Positions 1 to 12,699 of a DNA stretch of 64,000 nucleotides are shown here, one piece after another (within the stretch, counting starts at the first letter, position 1; the number at the start of each line of letters is the position of its first letter). Source of the stretch: Octopus vulgaris. Lineage: Eukaryota. The position numbers and the translations under genes are program-made. Location: positions 69,626,001-69,690,000 of the forward strand of contig OX597814.1 of the NCBI GenBank assembly GCA_951406725.2. Reading direction: 5' to 3'. The notes under the pieces were generated by a model that was given only the letters and a program-made list of their open reading frames with translations, had not been told where the DNA came from and made no database searches.

Positions 1-1306
1 GCATGTGATGGAATCTGTTGTCTGAGCATCTGTGGTGTTTATTGTCCCTGTGCATCTGCCACACACGAAAGCTATCGTCTCAGTTAATCTTCCTTTGATG
101 TTGCTGCACCTCTTATGTGTCCATAGCTTACACTTATGGGGTTTCTACCAACACCTTTTCTACAGATTGAGCAGGGCCACCTATCTGAGGGGTTTGTGAT
201 GTGTTTGCCTTCCTACTTACTAGGACTTTGGCTTTTGCAACATTGACTCTAAGGCCCTTCAATTCTAAACCTTGCTTCCACACCTGAAATTTCTTCTTTA
301 GTTCTGGTAGTGATTCCGCTATGAGAGCAAGGTCATCAGCATAGAGGATCTTCCAGGGGAAATCTGTCTTGAATTCCTCTGTTATTGCCTGGAGGACTAT
401 GATGAATAAAAGGGAGCTGAGGGCTGATCCTTGGTGAACCCCTACTTCTACCCGGAAGTCTTCACTATACTCATTGCCGACCCTTACCTTACTAACAGCA
501 TCCCTGTACAAGGCCTGTACAGCTCTTATTAACCACTCGTCTATCCCCAGTTTCTGCATTGCCCACCAGATAAGGGATCAGGGGACTCTGTCAAAGGCTT
601 TCTCCAAATCAACAAAAGCCAAGTATAGGGGGTTTATCTTTGGCTAGGTATTTCTCCTGCAGCTGTCGTACCAGGCATCAGTGGTGCTTCTATCTGGCAC
701 AAGACCGAACTGCATCTCATCTAAGCAGACTCTCTCCCTAATTAGTTGGGCTATGACCCTCTCTGTGACCTTCATCACATGATCCAGTAGTTTGATACCC
801 TTGTAGTTATTTCTATCTAAAGCATAATCTTTACCTTTGTAGCTGTTGACTATGGTACTGCTATGCCAATCATTGGGTATGACTCCTGCGTGAACTCCCT
901 GGTTTACAATACGGGTGACTAGGCCATAACCCATACCACCAGATATTCTAAGCATCTCAACAGTGATCCCTGATGGGCCAGGGGCTTTTCCTGACTTCAT
1001 ATACTTAATTGCTTTATCTACCAGGGTGCTATATATTCAGGTAGCTGGTCCCTTGACTGGGTCAATATTTGTCAGGTTCTCCTCCTCCCATTCATTCTCC
1101 ACATTCAGCAGCCTTTCATAATGGCATCTCCAAGCCTCTTTCTTTGCAGAATCAGTAAAAGCAAGTGCACCATCATCCATGCGGACACATTTCTCTTCTA
1201 TGACATCACAAATTTCTCTCACACACTGTCTTGCAATCCGAAATACTTCAGTTCTTTGGTCCTCATGTCGCTGAACATTGGCAAACTTCTTTTCTGTTTC
1301 TCCCAA
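1..1306 (-). mobile_element. RTE-clade LINE, RT fragment (degenerate)
   Basis: ORF fragments KSGKAPGPSG, QFGLVP, GVHQGSALS, LYADDL with frameshifts. Confidence 0.9.
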
Positions 1307-1339
1307 TGAGGATAGATAAAGGAGAATATGAATATCAAT

Positions 1340-2675
1340 ATGCCAATGTTAGATTAAGAAGGCAGGCAGCTAAACTGGTTGCTTTTGTCTTGGGAGAGAG
1401 GGAGAGGAGATTGCAGGTATGATAGAGGATACCACCAGTGTGGGAGGGGGTTTCCAGTGAGAGGAACAAGCACGCCCATACACCCCCCACACACACACAA
1501 GCACAAGATAGGCATGCACACAGACAAGAATAAGCACGCATGCATGCACACACACACATATGTACAGCCCATTAGCTTTCTCTTTCCACTTAAGTAGGTA
1601 GGCAGCTAAACTAGTTGCTTTTGTCATGGAAGGGAGAGAGGGAGGAGATTGCAGACATGATAGAGGATACCACCAGTGAGGGAGGGGATTTCCAGTAAGA
1701 GAAGAGAGATATCCGGTAATGGTGGTGGGAGAAGAGAGAGAAAGAGATCCGGTATTGGTGGTGGGAAAAGGGAGAGAGATATCTGGTATTGGTGGTGGGA
1801 GAAGAGAAAGAGATATCCGATATTGGTTGTGGGAGAAGAGAGAGGAATATCTGGTATTGGTGGTGGGAGAAAAGAGAGATATCCGGTATTGATGGTAGGA
1901 GAATAGAGAGAGATATCCAGTATTGGTGGTGAGAGAAGAGAGAGAGATAGATAGATAGATATCCAGTTTTGTTGGTGGGGGCTGGAATGGGCAGGTGCAC
2001 TATGAACAAGCAAGGGTTAATTTAGAGAGTTGGTACAAAAAAATATGTAGCCAACATGAGAACAGATTAGAAAAATACATGAAGAATTAAGGTGAAACGA
2101 AGGCTGAGAGAAAGAGAGATTAGGAAGTTATATATTGAAGGGTCAATTTAAATAATTAGCTTACAAAAGTAGGTATTAGTAAATAGTAAGTAGTAAATAA
2201 TACACATTAAATATTAGTAGTGATGGCGGATGAATGCATGAAAAAATCGAAAAATATCTTAGCGATAGTGGGCATCCAAGAAACGTCTGTGTTGGAAGGA
2301 ATTGCATGCAGAACAGGCAGGAAAATATGAGTAAAGAGTTTTATAGACGTGCTACTTTCTGAAGTGGGCATTATGGAGGGTGCCAAAGACAATAGAAATG
2401 GTAGTAACAGAGTAGCACAAGAAGCTATAGTGAATGACAAAAAATATTTAGCCAACATGAAACACAGAGGGAACAAGCACTCCGAACAAGCAAGGGTTAA
2501 TTTAGAGAGTTGGTACAAAAAAAAAAAAAAATATGTAGCCAACAGGGGAGGGGAGGAGATATTTCATTTAGAAAATTACATGAAGAATTAAAATGAAATG
2601 AAGGCTGAGAGAGAGTGAGAAATTAGGAAGTTATATGTTGAAGGGTCAATTTAAATAATTAGCTTATGAAAGTAG
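1340..2675. repeat. Composite repeat: duplicated ~110-bp block, purine-rich ~35-bp minisatellite (about 1700-1960) and duplicated ~170-bp block (2004-2175 / 2484-2675)
   Basis: aggcagctaaact..ataccaccagtg twice; gagagatatccggtattggtggtgggaga units; gaacaagcaagggttaatttagagagttgg twice. Confidence 0.75.
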
Positions 2676-3138
2676 CTTTGTACATATGTGTATATATCTA
2701 TCTTACATATATGCACAACACATAGTATGTGTATGTGTGTGTACACATAAATATATTTTCTTTTCTTCTTTTTTCTGTTCTTTGAATTGAATAAATATAA
2801 TATGTAAGACAGAAGATGTTTGTGTGTATGTGTCTGTATGTGTGTGTGTCAGGCTATTTACGTGCAACCCCTTAAAATCAATATTTTCCACCTGATTTCA
2901 TTCACTCTAAGCACATACATCCTTAATGTTTTGCAAATGATCCTACACTCTTTAGATTTTTCACTTATGGGGTAATATGGAGTAATGGGGCCTTTAGGGT
3001 CAGCTAAACCTGCATTCCTATAATACAGTACCTATTGTGGACAAGGGAGGTAACTCTTTGCGAAGTAACATTCAGAAATTGATTGTCTCCCTTACATTTG
3101 TATCCCTTGTGTACAATATATATACACACATGTATAAA

Positions 3139-3166
<28 letters not shown>

Positions 3167-3169
<3 letters not shown>

Positions 3170-3600
3170 TGATTAAAATTGTAAGACAACAAAAGAATGA
3201 GAGAGACCTCGATATTATGTAAATAGAGAGATTTATCTGTAAATATATGTAACAATTATTTGGTAGCCATGATAAAACTCCGAGTTTCAGATGCCGAGGT
3301 GGAAATCCATGCCGCCATCTCTTCAGTTATTTGGCTATCGGAAAAAATGCTATGAAAATGACCGTTATACAAAGGGAAATTACTGTGTGATTAACCATTA
3401 TTAAGACAAAAGAGCTATATGAATGACCGCTAAGTGAGGGGATGGAGTAAAAGTAAGGGGGTAAAAAGTAAAAATAATATTCGCATAAGCGTGCATGTCC
3501 ATACCTACACATGCACGCCCGCACACCTGCATACATGCACCTAAAAGTATACACCCATCCACCCTCTCTTGAAACGTACACATTCTCATCCACACCATTC
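3167..3600 (-). mobile_element. Penelope-like 3' UTR/pLTR remnant (same family as the 31.2-34.5 kb element)
   Basis: Homologous to 31225-31450; flanked by (TA)n. Confidence 0.8.
3271..3330 (-). ncRNA. Minimal type-I hammerhead ribozyme motif, intact core
   Basis: AUAA-CUGAAGA-GAUG..CAUC-U-GAAA-CUCGGAG-UU-UUAU on the minus strand. Confidence 0.7.
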
Positions 3601-3602
3601 GC

Positions 3603-3649
<47 letters not shown>

Positions 3650-3650
<1 letters not shown>

Positions 3651-4068
3651 ATACAAGTGAGATTGTTGCCAGAGCAACAAGCTGGCCTCCGTGCCGATGG
3701 CACGTTAAAAACACCATTCAAGCATGATCGTTACCTGCGTTGCCTTACTAGCACTTGTGCTGGTGGCACGTGAAAGAAAACATTCGAGTGAGGTCGTTGC
3801 CAGTGCCGCTAGACTGGCACCTGTGCAGGTGGCACATAAAAAGCACCATTTGAGCATGGCCGTTGCCAGTACCACCTAACTGGCCCTCATGCCAGTGGCA
3901 TGTAAAAAGCACCCACTTCACTCTCGGAGTGGTTGGTGTTAGGAAGGGCATCCAGCTGTAAAAACTCTGCCAGATCAGAGTCTGGTGCAGCCATCTGGTT
4001 CACCAGACCTCAGTCAAATCGTCCAACCCATGCTAGCATGGAAAACGGACGTTAAATGATGATGATGA
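3650..4068 (+). mobile_element. RTE 3' end with ~66-bp tandem units and (GAT)n tail
   Basis: gtgccg.tggcac units; tggttggtgttaggaagggcatccagctgt; gttaaatgatgatg. Confidence 0.85.
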
Positions 4069-4332
4069 TATATATATATACAATCTCACACACACACGCG
4101 CGCATCAAAAAAGTTCGTAAGCACAAGAAAAACAGGGCTAAGGGTAACAATACAGAAAAAGGTGTAAGGGAGTATAAAAATAAGCAAAGATTAAACCACG
4201 TCTATATACGCACATACCCATATGCACGCACGCACACAGACGTCTATATACACACATACCCGAATACGTCTATATATGCACACAAAAAAGTTCATACACA
4301 CATCTATATGCGCACATACACAAGAAAAAACA

Positions 4333-4572
4333 GGATCGTTGCCAGTGACGCCTTACAGGCACATGTGCTGGTGATACGTAAAAAGCAACATTCCAGTGTG
4401 GTCGTTGCTAGTGCAGCCAGACTGGCTTCCATGCAGGTGGCATGTAAAAAAACCCTTTTGAGCATGGTTGTTGCCAGAGCTGCCTGACTGGCCCTTGTGC
4501 CAGTGGCATGTAAAAGTACCCAATACACTCTCGGAGGTGTTAGGAAGGGCACCCAGCTGATGATGATGATGA
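4333..4572 (+). mobile_element. RTE 3' end fragment
   Basis: Same units and (GAT)n tail. Confidence 0.75.
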
Positions 4573-4594
4573 TATATATATATATATATATATA

Positions 4595-5252
4595 GACCAA
4601 ATATGTGGTTGGAGCGAAGTGTTGTAAAACCACCAATAGAAGAGAATATGACTAAGAACTGCATGTACACCATCCCATGCAGCCGTGGTAGGTTATACAA
4701 AGGCAAAACATGCCATCCCCTTAAAATAAGAGTAGAGGAACATCACAAAGGTGTGACACGAGGAGATATTGATAAATCAGGTATAGCTGATAATGTATGG
4801 AAAAATGGAGACCACCTCCCCCTGTGGGATGAAGTTAAAATAATAGACAGAGAACACCACTGGAAAATACGAAAACTAAAAGAAGCAGCACATATGCTAG
4901 GACACAACAACCTCCTAAGCAGACTGAGTGCAGATATGAACAGCATATAGGAACCAGTATTAGGGAAGGATAGGAAAATATTAGATTTATAAGCCCTAAA
5001 ATTCACTCCATAATTGCTCACGAGCATATGGCATAGTGGTTAAGAGCACGAGCTACTAACCCCTAGATTCCAATGACAACAACAACAACAACAAGAATCC
5101 AGGTTTGAAATTTCCCCAAGACACCTGATGAAGGCTGGAAGGTATATCAGCCAAAATGTTGTGTTAACAACAAACAAGATGTGGACAAATATCGGCATTG
5201 CAAATGATGTAAATAATGTACATAATTCCTCATCTCTTAAATATAGAACTGT
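4595..5252 (+). mobile_element. Penelope/Poseidon-type PLE 3' fragment (GIY-YIG) with tRNA-like segment and decayed hammerhead
   Basis: MYTIPC..LYKGKT..LKIRVEEH..SGIA..RKLKEA; A-box at 5029-5039; ACAC-CUGAUGA-AGGCUG..CAGCC-(A)AAA-UGUU-GUGU at 5121-5164. Confidence 0.8.
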
Positions 5253-5879
5253 ATTAAGCTGCCATGTAAAAAGCATTGGTACTGGCACTATGTAAAAAGG
5301 ATGTAGCACACTCTGTGGAGTGGTTGGTGTTAGGAAGAATATACAGCCATAGAAACCAAGCCAAAATATACTATGGAACCTGGTGCAGCACCTAGTCTTT
5401 CCATCTAAACCATGTTAGCTTGGAAAATGGAGATTCAAAGTTGATGATGATGAAGATTGTTGTAGTTCTCTTGAAGTATTGTAGTACAGAAGTAGAATAA
5501 TAAATGAAATAAGAAATAGAAAAGCTTTTAACAAAGCAGAAAGTTTAAAAATTTGGGTACAAATGCCTATCTTCAGAGGGATACAAAGAAATGTGTGTTT
5601 ACATACATCCTACTATTTTGGATAGCTGAATAAGCAGTGATATCACTGCCCATCTGGTGGGTGTTGATGCAAAACAACACACATGATGTAGTGGCAATGA
5701 TGACAGCAAATATGAGTGGGAAAAAGAGGAATGTGGGAACTAGTGAGACAATAGGAGTATAGCGAGATGGATAGCTAAGGGACTGTACTTTAGGTGTTGG
5801 GGTTTGCACATGGTCAGGGAATGCATGAAATTGAAATAGGGAGTGGTGTTTTACCAATGTACCTAGCCTGGGTACACAG

Positions 5880-7500
5880 CAAGCTACTATAAATAGAGAA
5901 ATGAGAAGAGAGGAATTACTGTGCTGCAAGTTTCCACTAAGACTGAATGAAAACACACCACCACTCATTGCTTGTAATAAGGGTTCTGGCAAAGGTAAGG
6001 GAAGCACGAGCCCTTGTGGATAGAGGTTGCACAACAATTCTGATGACTGCAAGAATGGCAGAGAATTGTAGAGGAGACCCCAGCCTCGGTGTGGTGGATG
6101 GTTGGGAGGTCAGGTGTAGGGGTATCAGTGAAGTGGAACCAGAGATACAGAGGACAGTGATGAAACTGCAGGCAATTGTTGTTGATGAGGTGGTAGACAA
6201 TGTCAACATAGAAGTGTCTGATCAGTTGGATTTTGGCCTGAGTTCTGTGCCAGAGATCATGGCAAAGTCCTCAAGGTGGTTTTGGAGAAAAAGGCCAAAG
6301 TGGAGCAGGTTATATATATATTGATGACATCTTGGTAGATGTGAGTGTGGCATCAGTAGAAGAAACTGTGGCTCATCTGAGGTCTGAACTGATGGCAAAT
6401 CAACCAGAGGAGACACAGCGCTGGGGCTCAAACTTGAAAGAGATAAAGCAGATAGGCTTGTGTTTCAGAGAGGATCCCAGACCTGCACCAGGATATGAAT
6501 AAGTGAAGGCTGTTCTTGATGTAGGGAGCTGGTGGGACACTATCCTATTGCAGGATGGCTCCATACAACATGTAGGTACATCAAGAAGTGAACAGAAGGA
6601 GGGAACTAGGGTGATAAAGTGGGAGAGATGATTACAATGATGTGAGATGTCTTGGAGAGAGTGTGAGTGGAAGACCCAGTGAAGGGCAGTTGGTAAGTGC
6701 CTGAAACAGAAAAAGGGATCATATGGTGTGACAAAAGTAGTAAACGACAGAAGATTTTCCAAGTGGAGCACCCAAAACTGAGGTGGCTACACAACATGCA
6801 TCACATAGAGGTTGACAGGACTTTGTTTTAGGCCAGGATGATTGACCCCAATGTCACCAGGGAGAATTCTCAGAAGGTAGTTGGGACTTGTGACAGGTGT
6901 CAGTACAATCGACCTTGCAACAAGTGTGCATGAAATAGGAAAGATTCAAGTGTAGGAAGACTGGAAGAGGTAAGTGATAGACTTGATACACTTTTGGGGA
7001 AGGTAATACTTCACAGTGGTTGACTGTGGACCAGGGCGAATAGCAATATAGGGAGAAATTAGGAAGAAGACTGTGGCTGAAATTGCAGATGTACTGTATG
7101 CTGTGTTCTTGGAAAGGGGGCCAGTGGATGAGCTGTTGATGGACAATAGCACAGCTTTTTGCTCAGAACAGTTGAGGGAGATGCTTGAAAGATGAAACAT
7201 CAGACATTTCTGCAACTTTGCATACAGGCCCAGTGGAAATGGGATTATGGAACAACACCATTGCACAATTAAAGCCATGGCTGAGAGGGGATGAATCTCC
7301 CTCATGGAGGCAGTCTTCTGGTACAACATTTTGTCCAGGGTGGGACAAATTGAAGAATCGATCCTGCAAAGAGCCAAATTCTGGTACAAATGGTGACACT
7401 GAAGTGTGCTACCACGGCAGCTATAAGCGGAAGGAATTGCATCTGTCCAGATATGAGATGAAGTGTGGGCGAAGCCCCCTAATACACAACACAGTAGAAG
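5880..7500 (+). mobile_element. Degenerate Gypsy-like LTR retrotransposon internal remnant (protease and integrase; RT/RNase H apparently deleted)
   Basis: ALVDRGC protease-like motif; H..H..C..C near 6790-6900; VFLERGPVDELLMDN..YRPSGNGIME integrase core. Confidence 0.7.
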
Positions 7501-8147
7501 AAAGGAAGAGTGATCACAATCATTCCCTTTCCATTCTCTCCCATGCATTCATGATTTTCCCAATTCTCTCCTCTTTGTCTTTTTCTACAGATTATGCATG
7601 CAAACTTATAAATGCAACCATCTCACTTCTTTTCAATACTTGACACTTTCCTTTCTTTCCTTTTCCCGCAACCTCAATTTATATGTCTCTCTTCTTCTTG
7701 CTCTCTCTTTTTCTGTCTCCCCACTTTCTCTTTTCTTTTCTGTTTCCTCTCTTTCTCTCACACTCTCTATACGTATTCATCCTCCAAACTTAGTAGCTAA
7801 CTTACTGCTCTAACCATATATACTGAATTATTTCCATCAACTGGTTTACATTTTGAAATGTTTTAACTGAGGAAGGTTTTACATAATGGATGCATTTCCT
7901 ATTATATATTATGCAAACCTGAAACATGCATATTAAATGATTTCAAAATATCATTTTTTTGGTTTGACTCATTGTTACAACTTATACGACTTAATGTCAG
8001 AAGAAACTAGCTGTTCCAAACACCACCTATGCAGATACTCTAGCAACAATTTAGAGTAGTTTGTTATATTTGACTTGAGTTGAAAATTCTGGTACTGTTC
8101 ACCACTTCTAAGGATAATGGTGATGATGATGGTGTGTGTGTGTACGT

Positions 8148-8857
8148 ACTAGCAAAGTAGCTCATTAAGAAAATCTTTATTAGAGATGAAAGCATTATTT
8201 ACACTGAGAAGTAACGTTTTTTGCCACCTAAACATGTTCTATAAGAACAGATGATACTGCTATTTTAACCCCAGGAGGGTGCCTCCTCCATCTGATTATT
8301 CAGTGCACTTCACACTTCATATATATTGCAAGCAGGGAGAGAACTCAGAGACCGCCATATAACATGACTATGATTTTATTTGATCATCCTCAATGATGGA
8401 TGCTCATCTGCTGGACATAGCAATAGTTACCCCAGCTCACAATATATAGAAAACCAGTGTCACACAGTCACTGACTTTGCTGGAGGAAGCATCCTCCTGG
8501 GGTTAAAATTACAGTATTGTCTGTTCCTATAGAACACCTATGTTTATGTGGCAATAAACATTACTTCTCAGTATAAACACTGCTTTCATCTCTAATAGAG
8601 ATTTCTTTAACAAGCTAGTTTGCTAGTTGCAAGACCAGTGTCTGTATGACACTGTTTTTCTATATATTGTGAACTAGAAAAAACTACTACTATGTCTAGC
8701 AGACAAGTATCCATCACTGAGGATAATCAAATAAGAGAGAAATCATGTGATATGGTGGTCTTCAAGCTAGAATAGTAAGGAGATCTCTTCCCACCTGCAA
8801 TATATATCGAGTGCAAAGAGTACTGAATAACCAGTTGGAGGAGGCATCTTCCTGGGG
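8148..8857. mobile_element. Hammerhead-bearing ~330-bp non-coding repeat, one inverted and one permuted copy (retrozyme/pLTR-like)
   Basis: 8148-8480 is the reverse complement of unit U; 8481-8627 is the second half of U; 8628-8857 is the first half of U. Confidence 0.75.
8711..8758 (+). ncRNA. Minimal type-I hammerhead ribozyme motif
   Basis: CCAUCA-CUGAGGA-(weak stem II)-GAAA-UCAUGUG-AUA-UGGUGG; near-palindromic stem III. Confidence 0.7.
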
Positions 8858-9401
8858 TATCATCTGTTTTTACAGAACTCTCAAGTTTAGGTGGTGATAA
8901 ACATTGCATGTATGTATGTGCGTATGTATGCATGCATATGTATATGCATGTGTTCATGTGCATGTTTATGATATACTTATGCATGACTTGTATCTGAGTC
9001 TAAATGAGATGTATGCGTGCATGTATGCTATTAACATATTCTTTTAACTTTTTTCCAATTAATAAGTGGCAACAAGTTTTTTCATGCTTTGCTATATTAG
9101 TGTACAAAATTCTTCTAGTAATCAAATTCCTTTGAAATTTCTTCAGGCACAAGAGCTTATGCCTAAAAGTACATAGGTCAAAACATTTTACCATCCCAAT
9201 GCACAGTTTAATCTGAAAACAAGGAGCACACATACAAACAGAATTTGGATCTAAATTTTATATAGGTTATGAGGAATGTTTTGTAAACCCCTGGACAGGA
9301 ATGTTTTAGAAGTGAATGTAATGACTTGTTGTCAATCATTACATATAGTAATGAGAAAAATAATGGAATATTGGGCTACAAAAAGCCCATAATTCATTTA
9401 C

Positions 9402-9803
9402 CTTTGTAGCTGCCATCAACTGTTGCCAGTGACGATCACGAATAGCTGGGCTCTGTAAATCTCCAATAGCACGAAGTGATGTTATTACATTCTTCACATT
9501 ACTTTCTACTCCCAAATAAACATCCCATGTTCGCAATTCTTTATCCATCATCCTGATGTCCTTTGCAAATATCTTACAAGCCAGGTCCATATGGTCAACA
9601 TTAATGTCTACCCACAGTGTACATTTCCATTCTGCAATACTGGAACACACAATTTCAATATAATCCCAAAGATGCTTCAGCAAACGTAGATCCCTGCGGC
9701 ATTGCTTCAATTGTTTGAAGTCAGGAATGTTTACTTCAAATAGAGCAGCAGATATCTGAAGACTTTCCATTTCTTTTTCCATAGTGTATATTTCCACATG
9801 AGT
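9402..9803 (-). CDS. Dynein heavy chain exon (THVEIY...QLMAATK), start of the DHC_N2-type region
   Basis: ttttag acceptor, AAG|gtaaat donor; 402 nt; LFEVNIPDFKQLKQCR and AIRDRHWQQLM motifs. Confidence 0.93.
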
Positions 9804-10022
9804 CTAAAAATAAGCCAGATGTGTGAGATATTGATAATTAAATTTATTCAATCAGTATTTCAGATAGGACTCAGTTAAATTCTTCAATTGAATACACAAA
9901 TATTGTCATTTACAGAATATGGCAGATATTATTTCTTTAAGAGAATTTATAAATTAATGGTCTTGAAAAACAAATGAAAACAAAGATCATAATAGTCAAT
10001 AGTAAATTTCTTTCTATTATTG

Positions 10023-10435
10023 TTTACTCTTACTCTTTACTCTTTTACTTGTTTCAGTCATTTGACTGCGGCCATGCTGGAGCACCGCCTTTAATCAAGT
10101 AACTCGACCCCGGGACTTATTCTTTTGTAAGCCCAGTACTTATTCTATCGGTCTCTTTTGCCGAACCGCTAAGTAACGGGGACATAAACACACCCGCATC
10201 GGTTGTCAAGCAATGCTAGGGGGACAAACACAGACACACAAACACACACACGCATATATATATATATACATATATACGACGAGCTTCTTTCAGTTTCCGT
10301 CTACCAAATCCACTCACAAGGCTTTGGTTGGCCCGAGGCTATAGTAGAAGCCACTTGCCCAAGGTGCCACGCAGTGGGACTGAACTCGGAAACTTGTGGT
10401 TGGTAAACAAGCGACTTACCACACAGCCACTCCTG
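10023..10435 (-). mobile_element. tRNA-derived SINE (octopus OK-like), near full length
   Basis: Head GGAGTGGCTGTGTGGTAAG, B-box-like GAGTTCAGTCCC, CORE-like body, (TAAAAGAG)n tail. Confidence 0.85.
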
Positions 10436-11006
10436 TTTGTAAAATATTATAATATTGATTTTCTAAGTGAATTGAACTTACAATAGGAACTGGTCACAGA
10501 AAACTATACAGTATTGTACTTTTAATTTCTATTATTTTAGAATATTTCAAAAGTGATTTCTTTCAATAAGGCATTTTATCGATTTTCATTCAGAATCATT
10601 TATTATTGCAACCACTTATATATAAAAGATAAAATTAACACTAGCAGGATTTGAAATTACACAATAAAGCAATGTACTGTAATGCATTTAGTTTATCACT
10701 TTACTATCTTGGCCATTTTAGCATAAATACTGACAACAAAATAACAAACCCACTTTAAAATCTTTTTCACCTCTAGTTTTTGCAAATGAAAATAATTTGG
10801 TAGCTGTGAAAACATGGTTATTTCGTAAATATTGATTTTCTAAGTGAATTAATCCAAACGTTCTATTGTTTTCATCTACTGCAGCCCTAATTCTTGAAAA
10901 TTTTACATCTCTCTCTCTCTCTCTCTGTTTTGTTACCCACTATTTTCGCTTGCCCATATTATGTCTGTATCCTTGCTATGTAAATGGAAATTCAATGTTT
11001 ACTTGT

Positions 11007-11230
11007 ATTAATCTGTTAGCATTTAAATCAGTCATATCAGGTCCAAATATTTAACTTGTTTTATGTTCAAACAGGCTAGATCCAAACTCTCAAACATATC
11101 CTACAATATTATTATAAAAATAAACAATCTCATCAAAATCTCAAGGCTATATGATAATACATGATAAATTCAAAACAATGAATAAATAAGCATTACATTT
11201 GACTGAGTAATCTAAATGCTAAAGTGTTAG
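11007..11230. mobile_element. MITE with degenerate TTAACCCTTTAGCATT-type TIRs
   Basis: ttaatctgttagcatt ... aatgctaaagtgttag. Confidence 0.55.
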
Positions 11231-11374
11231 TAATTGTATAGCTCCACAAATTATATTTTGATAGTATTTTGATAATACTGCAACAATTGGTATTTTGATC
11301 ATTCTGCAAATGTTGACATTTTAATATTTCTGCAAATATTAATATTTTGATCATTCCACAAATATAGATATTTT

Positions 11375-12178
11375 ACCTCTGCTGGTGACTAAAGGCCTCT
11401 CGCTCAGAGTAAAAGGCAGACTGTATGATGCATGTGTACGAACAGCCATGCTACATGGCAGTGAAACATGGGCCGTGACTGCTGAGGACATGCGTAAGCT
11501 CGTGAGGAATGAAGCCAGTATGCTCCGATGGATGTGTAATGTCAGTGTTCATACTCGACAGAGCGTTAGTACCCTGAGAGAAATGTTGGACCTAAGAAGC
11601 ATCAGTTGTGGTGTGCAAGAGAGACGATTGCGCTGGTGTGGTCATGTGGCGAGAATGGATGAAGATAGGTGTGTGAAAAAGTGCCAATCCCTAGCAGTTG
11701 AGGGAACCCGTGGAAGAGGTAGACCCAGGAAAACCTGGGACGAGGTGGTGAAGCACGACCTTCGAACCTTGGGTCTCACTGAGGAAATGACCAGCGACCG
11801 AGACCTTTGGAAATATGCTGTGTGTGAGAAGACCAGGCAGGACAAGTGAGTCCAGCCCACTTATGCATGCCTTTCCCCCTTGGACACACAAAGACCTGTT
11901 GAGGCAAGCGAAGTCGATATCGACACAAAAAGACCTGTTGAGGCAAGCAAAGTCAATATCGAACCTCATCCGACGACAGGCACCTATGGCAACCCCCTTG
12001 CTTGCGAAGACCTGTTGGGGCAAGTGAAATCGTTAGGAAGGGCATCCAGCTGTAGAAACTTTGCCAGATAAGACCGGAGCCTGGTGCAGCCTTCTGGCTT
12101 CCCAGATCCCTGGTCGAACCGTCCAACCCATGCTAGCATGGAGAACGGACGTTAAACGATGATGATGATGATGATGAT
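11375..12178 (+). mobile_element. Young 5'-truncated RTE LINE
   Basis: ORF C-terminus KGRLYDACVRTAMLHGSETW..RGRPRKTW, almost identical to the 26.9-27.4 kb copy; (GAT)n tail. Confidence 0.92.
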
Positions 12179-12308
12179 AGTTTCTGTTTAGTGTTGCTCT
12201 AAATTTTGAAATATTTCATCTCTTCATTTGTTTTGTTACCTGGTATCTAATCCAAATGTTCTATTGTTTTCATCTACTGCAGCCCTAATTCTTGAAAATT
12301 TCACCCCT

Positions 12309-12353
<45 letters not shown>

Positions 12354-12699
12354 GTTACCCACTATTTTCACTCACCCATATTATGTCTGTATCTTTGCTT
12401 TCCCATGTTTATTGTTAATTAGCAGCTTTCATTTTATTTGTGGATATGTTACACCACCTTTAGCTAGAAAATAGTGCATCCATGGTGTGCCCTCTCAACC
12501 CACCCGCACTACCTGCACCAGAAGTATTTCTCCTCTAGCCTCTACTGGAAGTCTTTCTCCTAGCAACTCTAATGGTTACCTATACAGAATGCTCTCTCCC
12601 TTCCACCACTATCTAGTGTCTATTTCCTAGTAAACATAGTGATTGCAAAGTGAATAAAATGATGGCGATGTGTATGCAGGTTGAAACCTATTTGTAGTT

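Noticed and set aside
2200-2295. Possible hammerhead (GUGAUGG..GGAUG/CAUCC..GAAACGUC-UGUGU)
   Set aside because: Two core mismatches and stem I out of register; cannot be supported.
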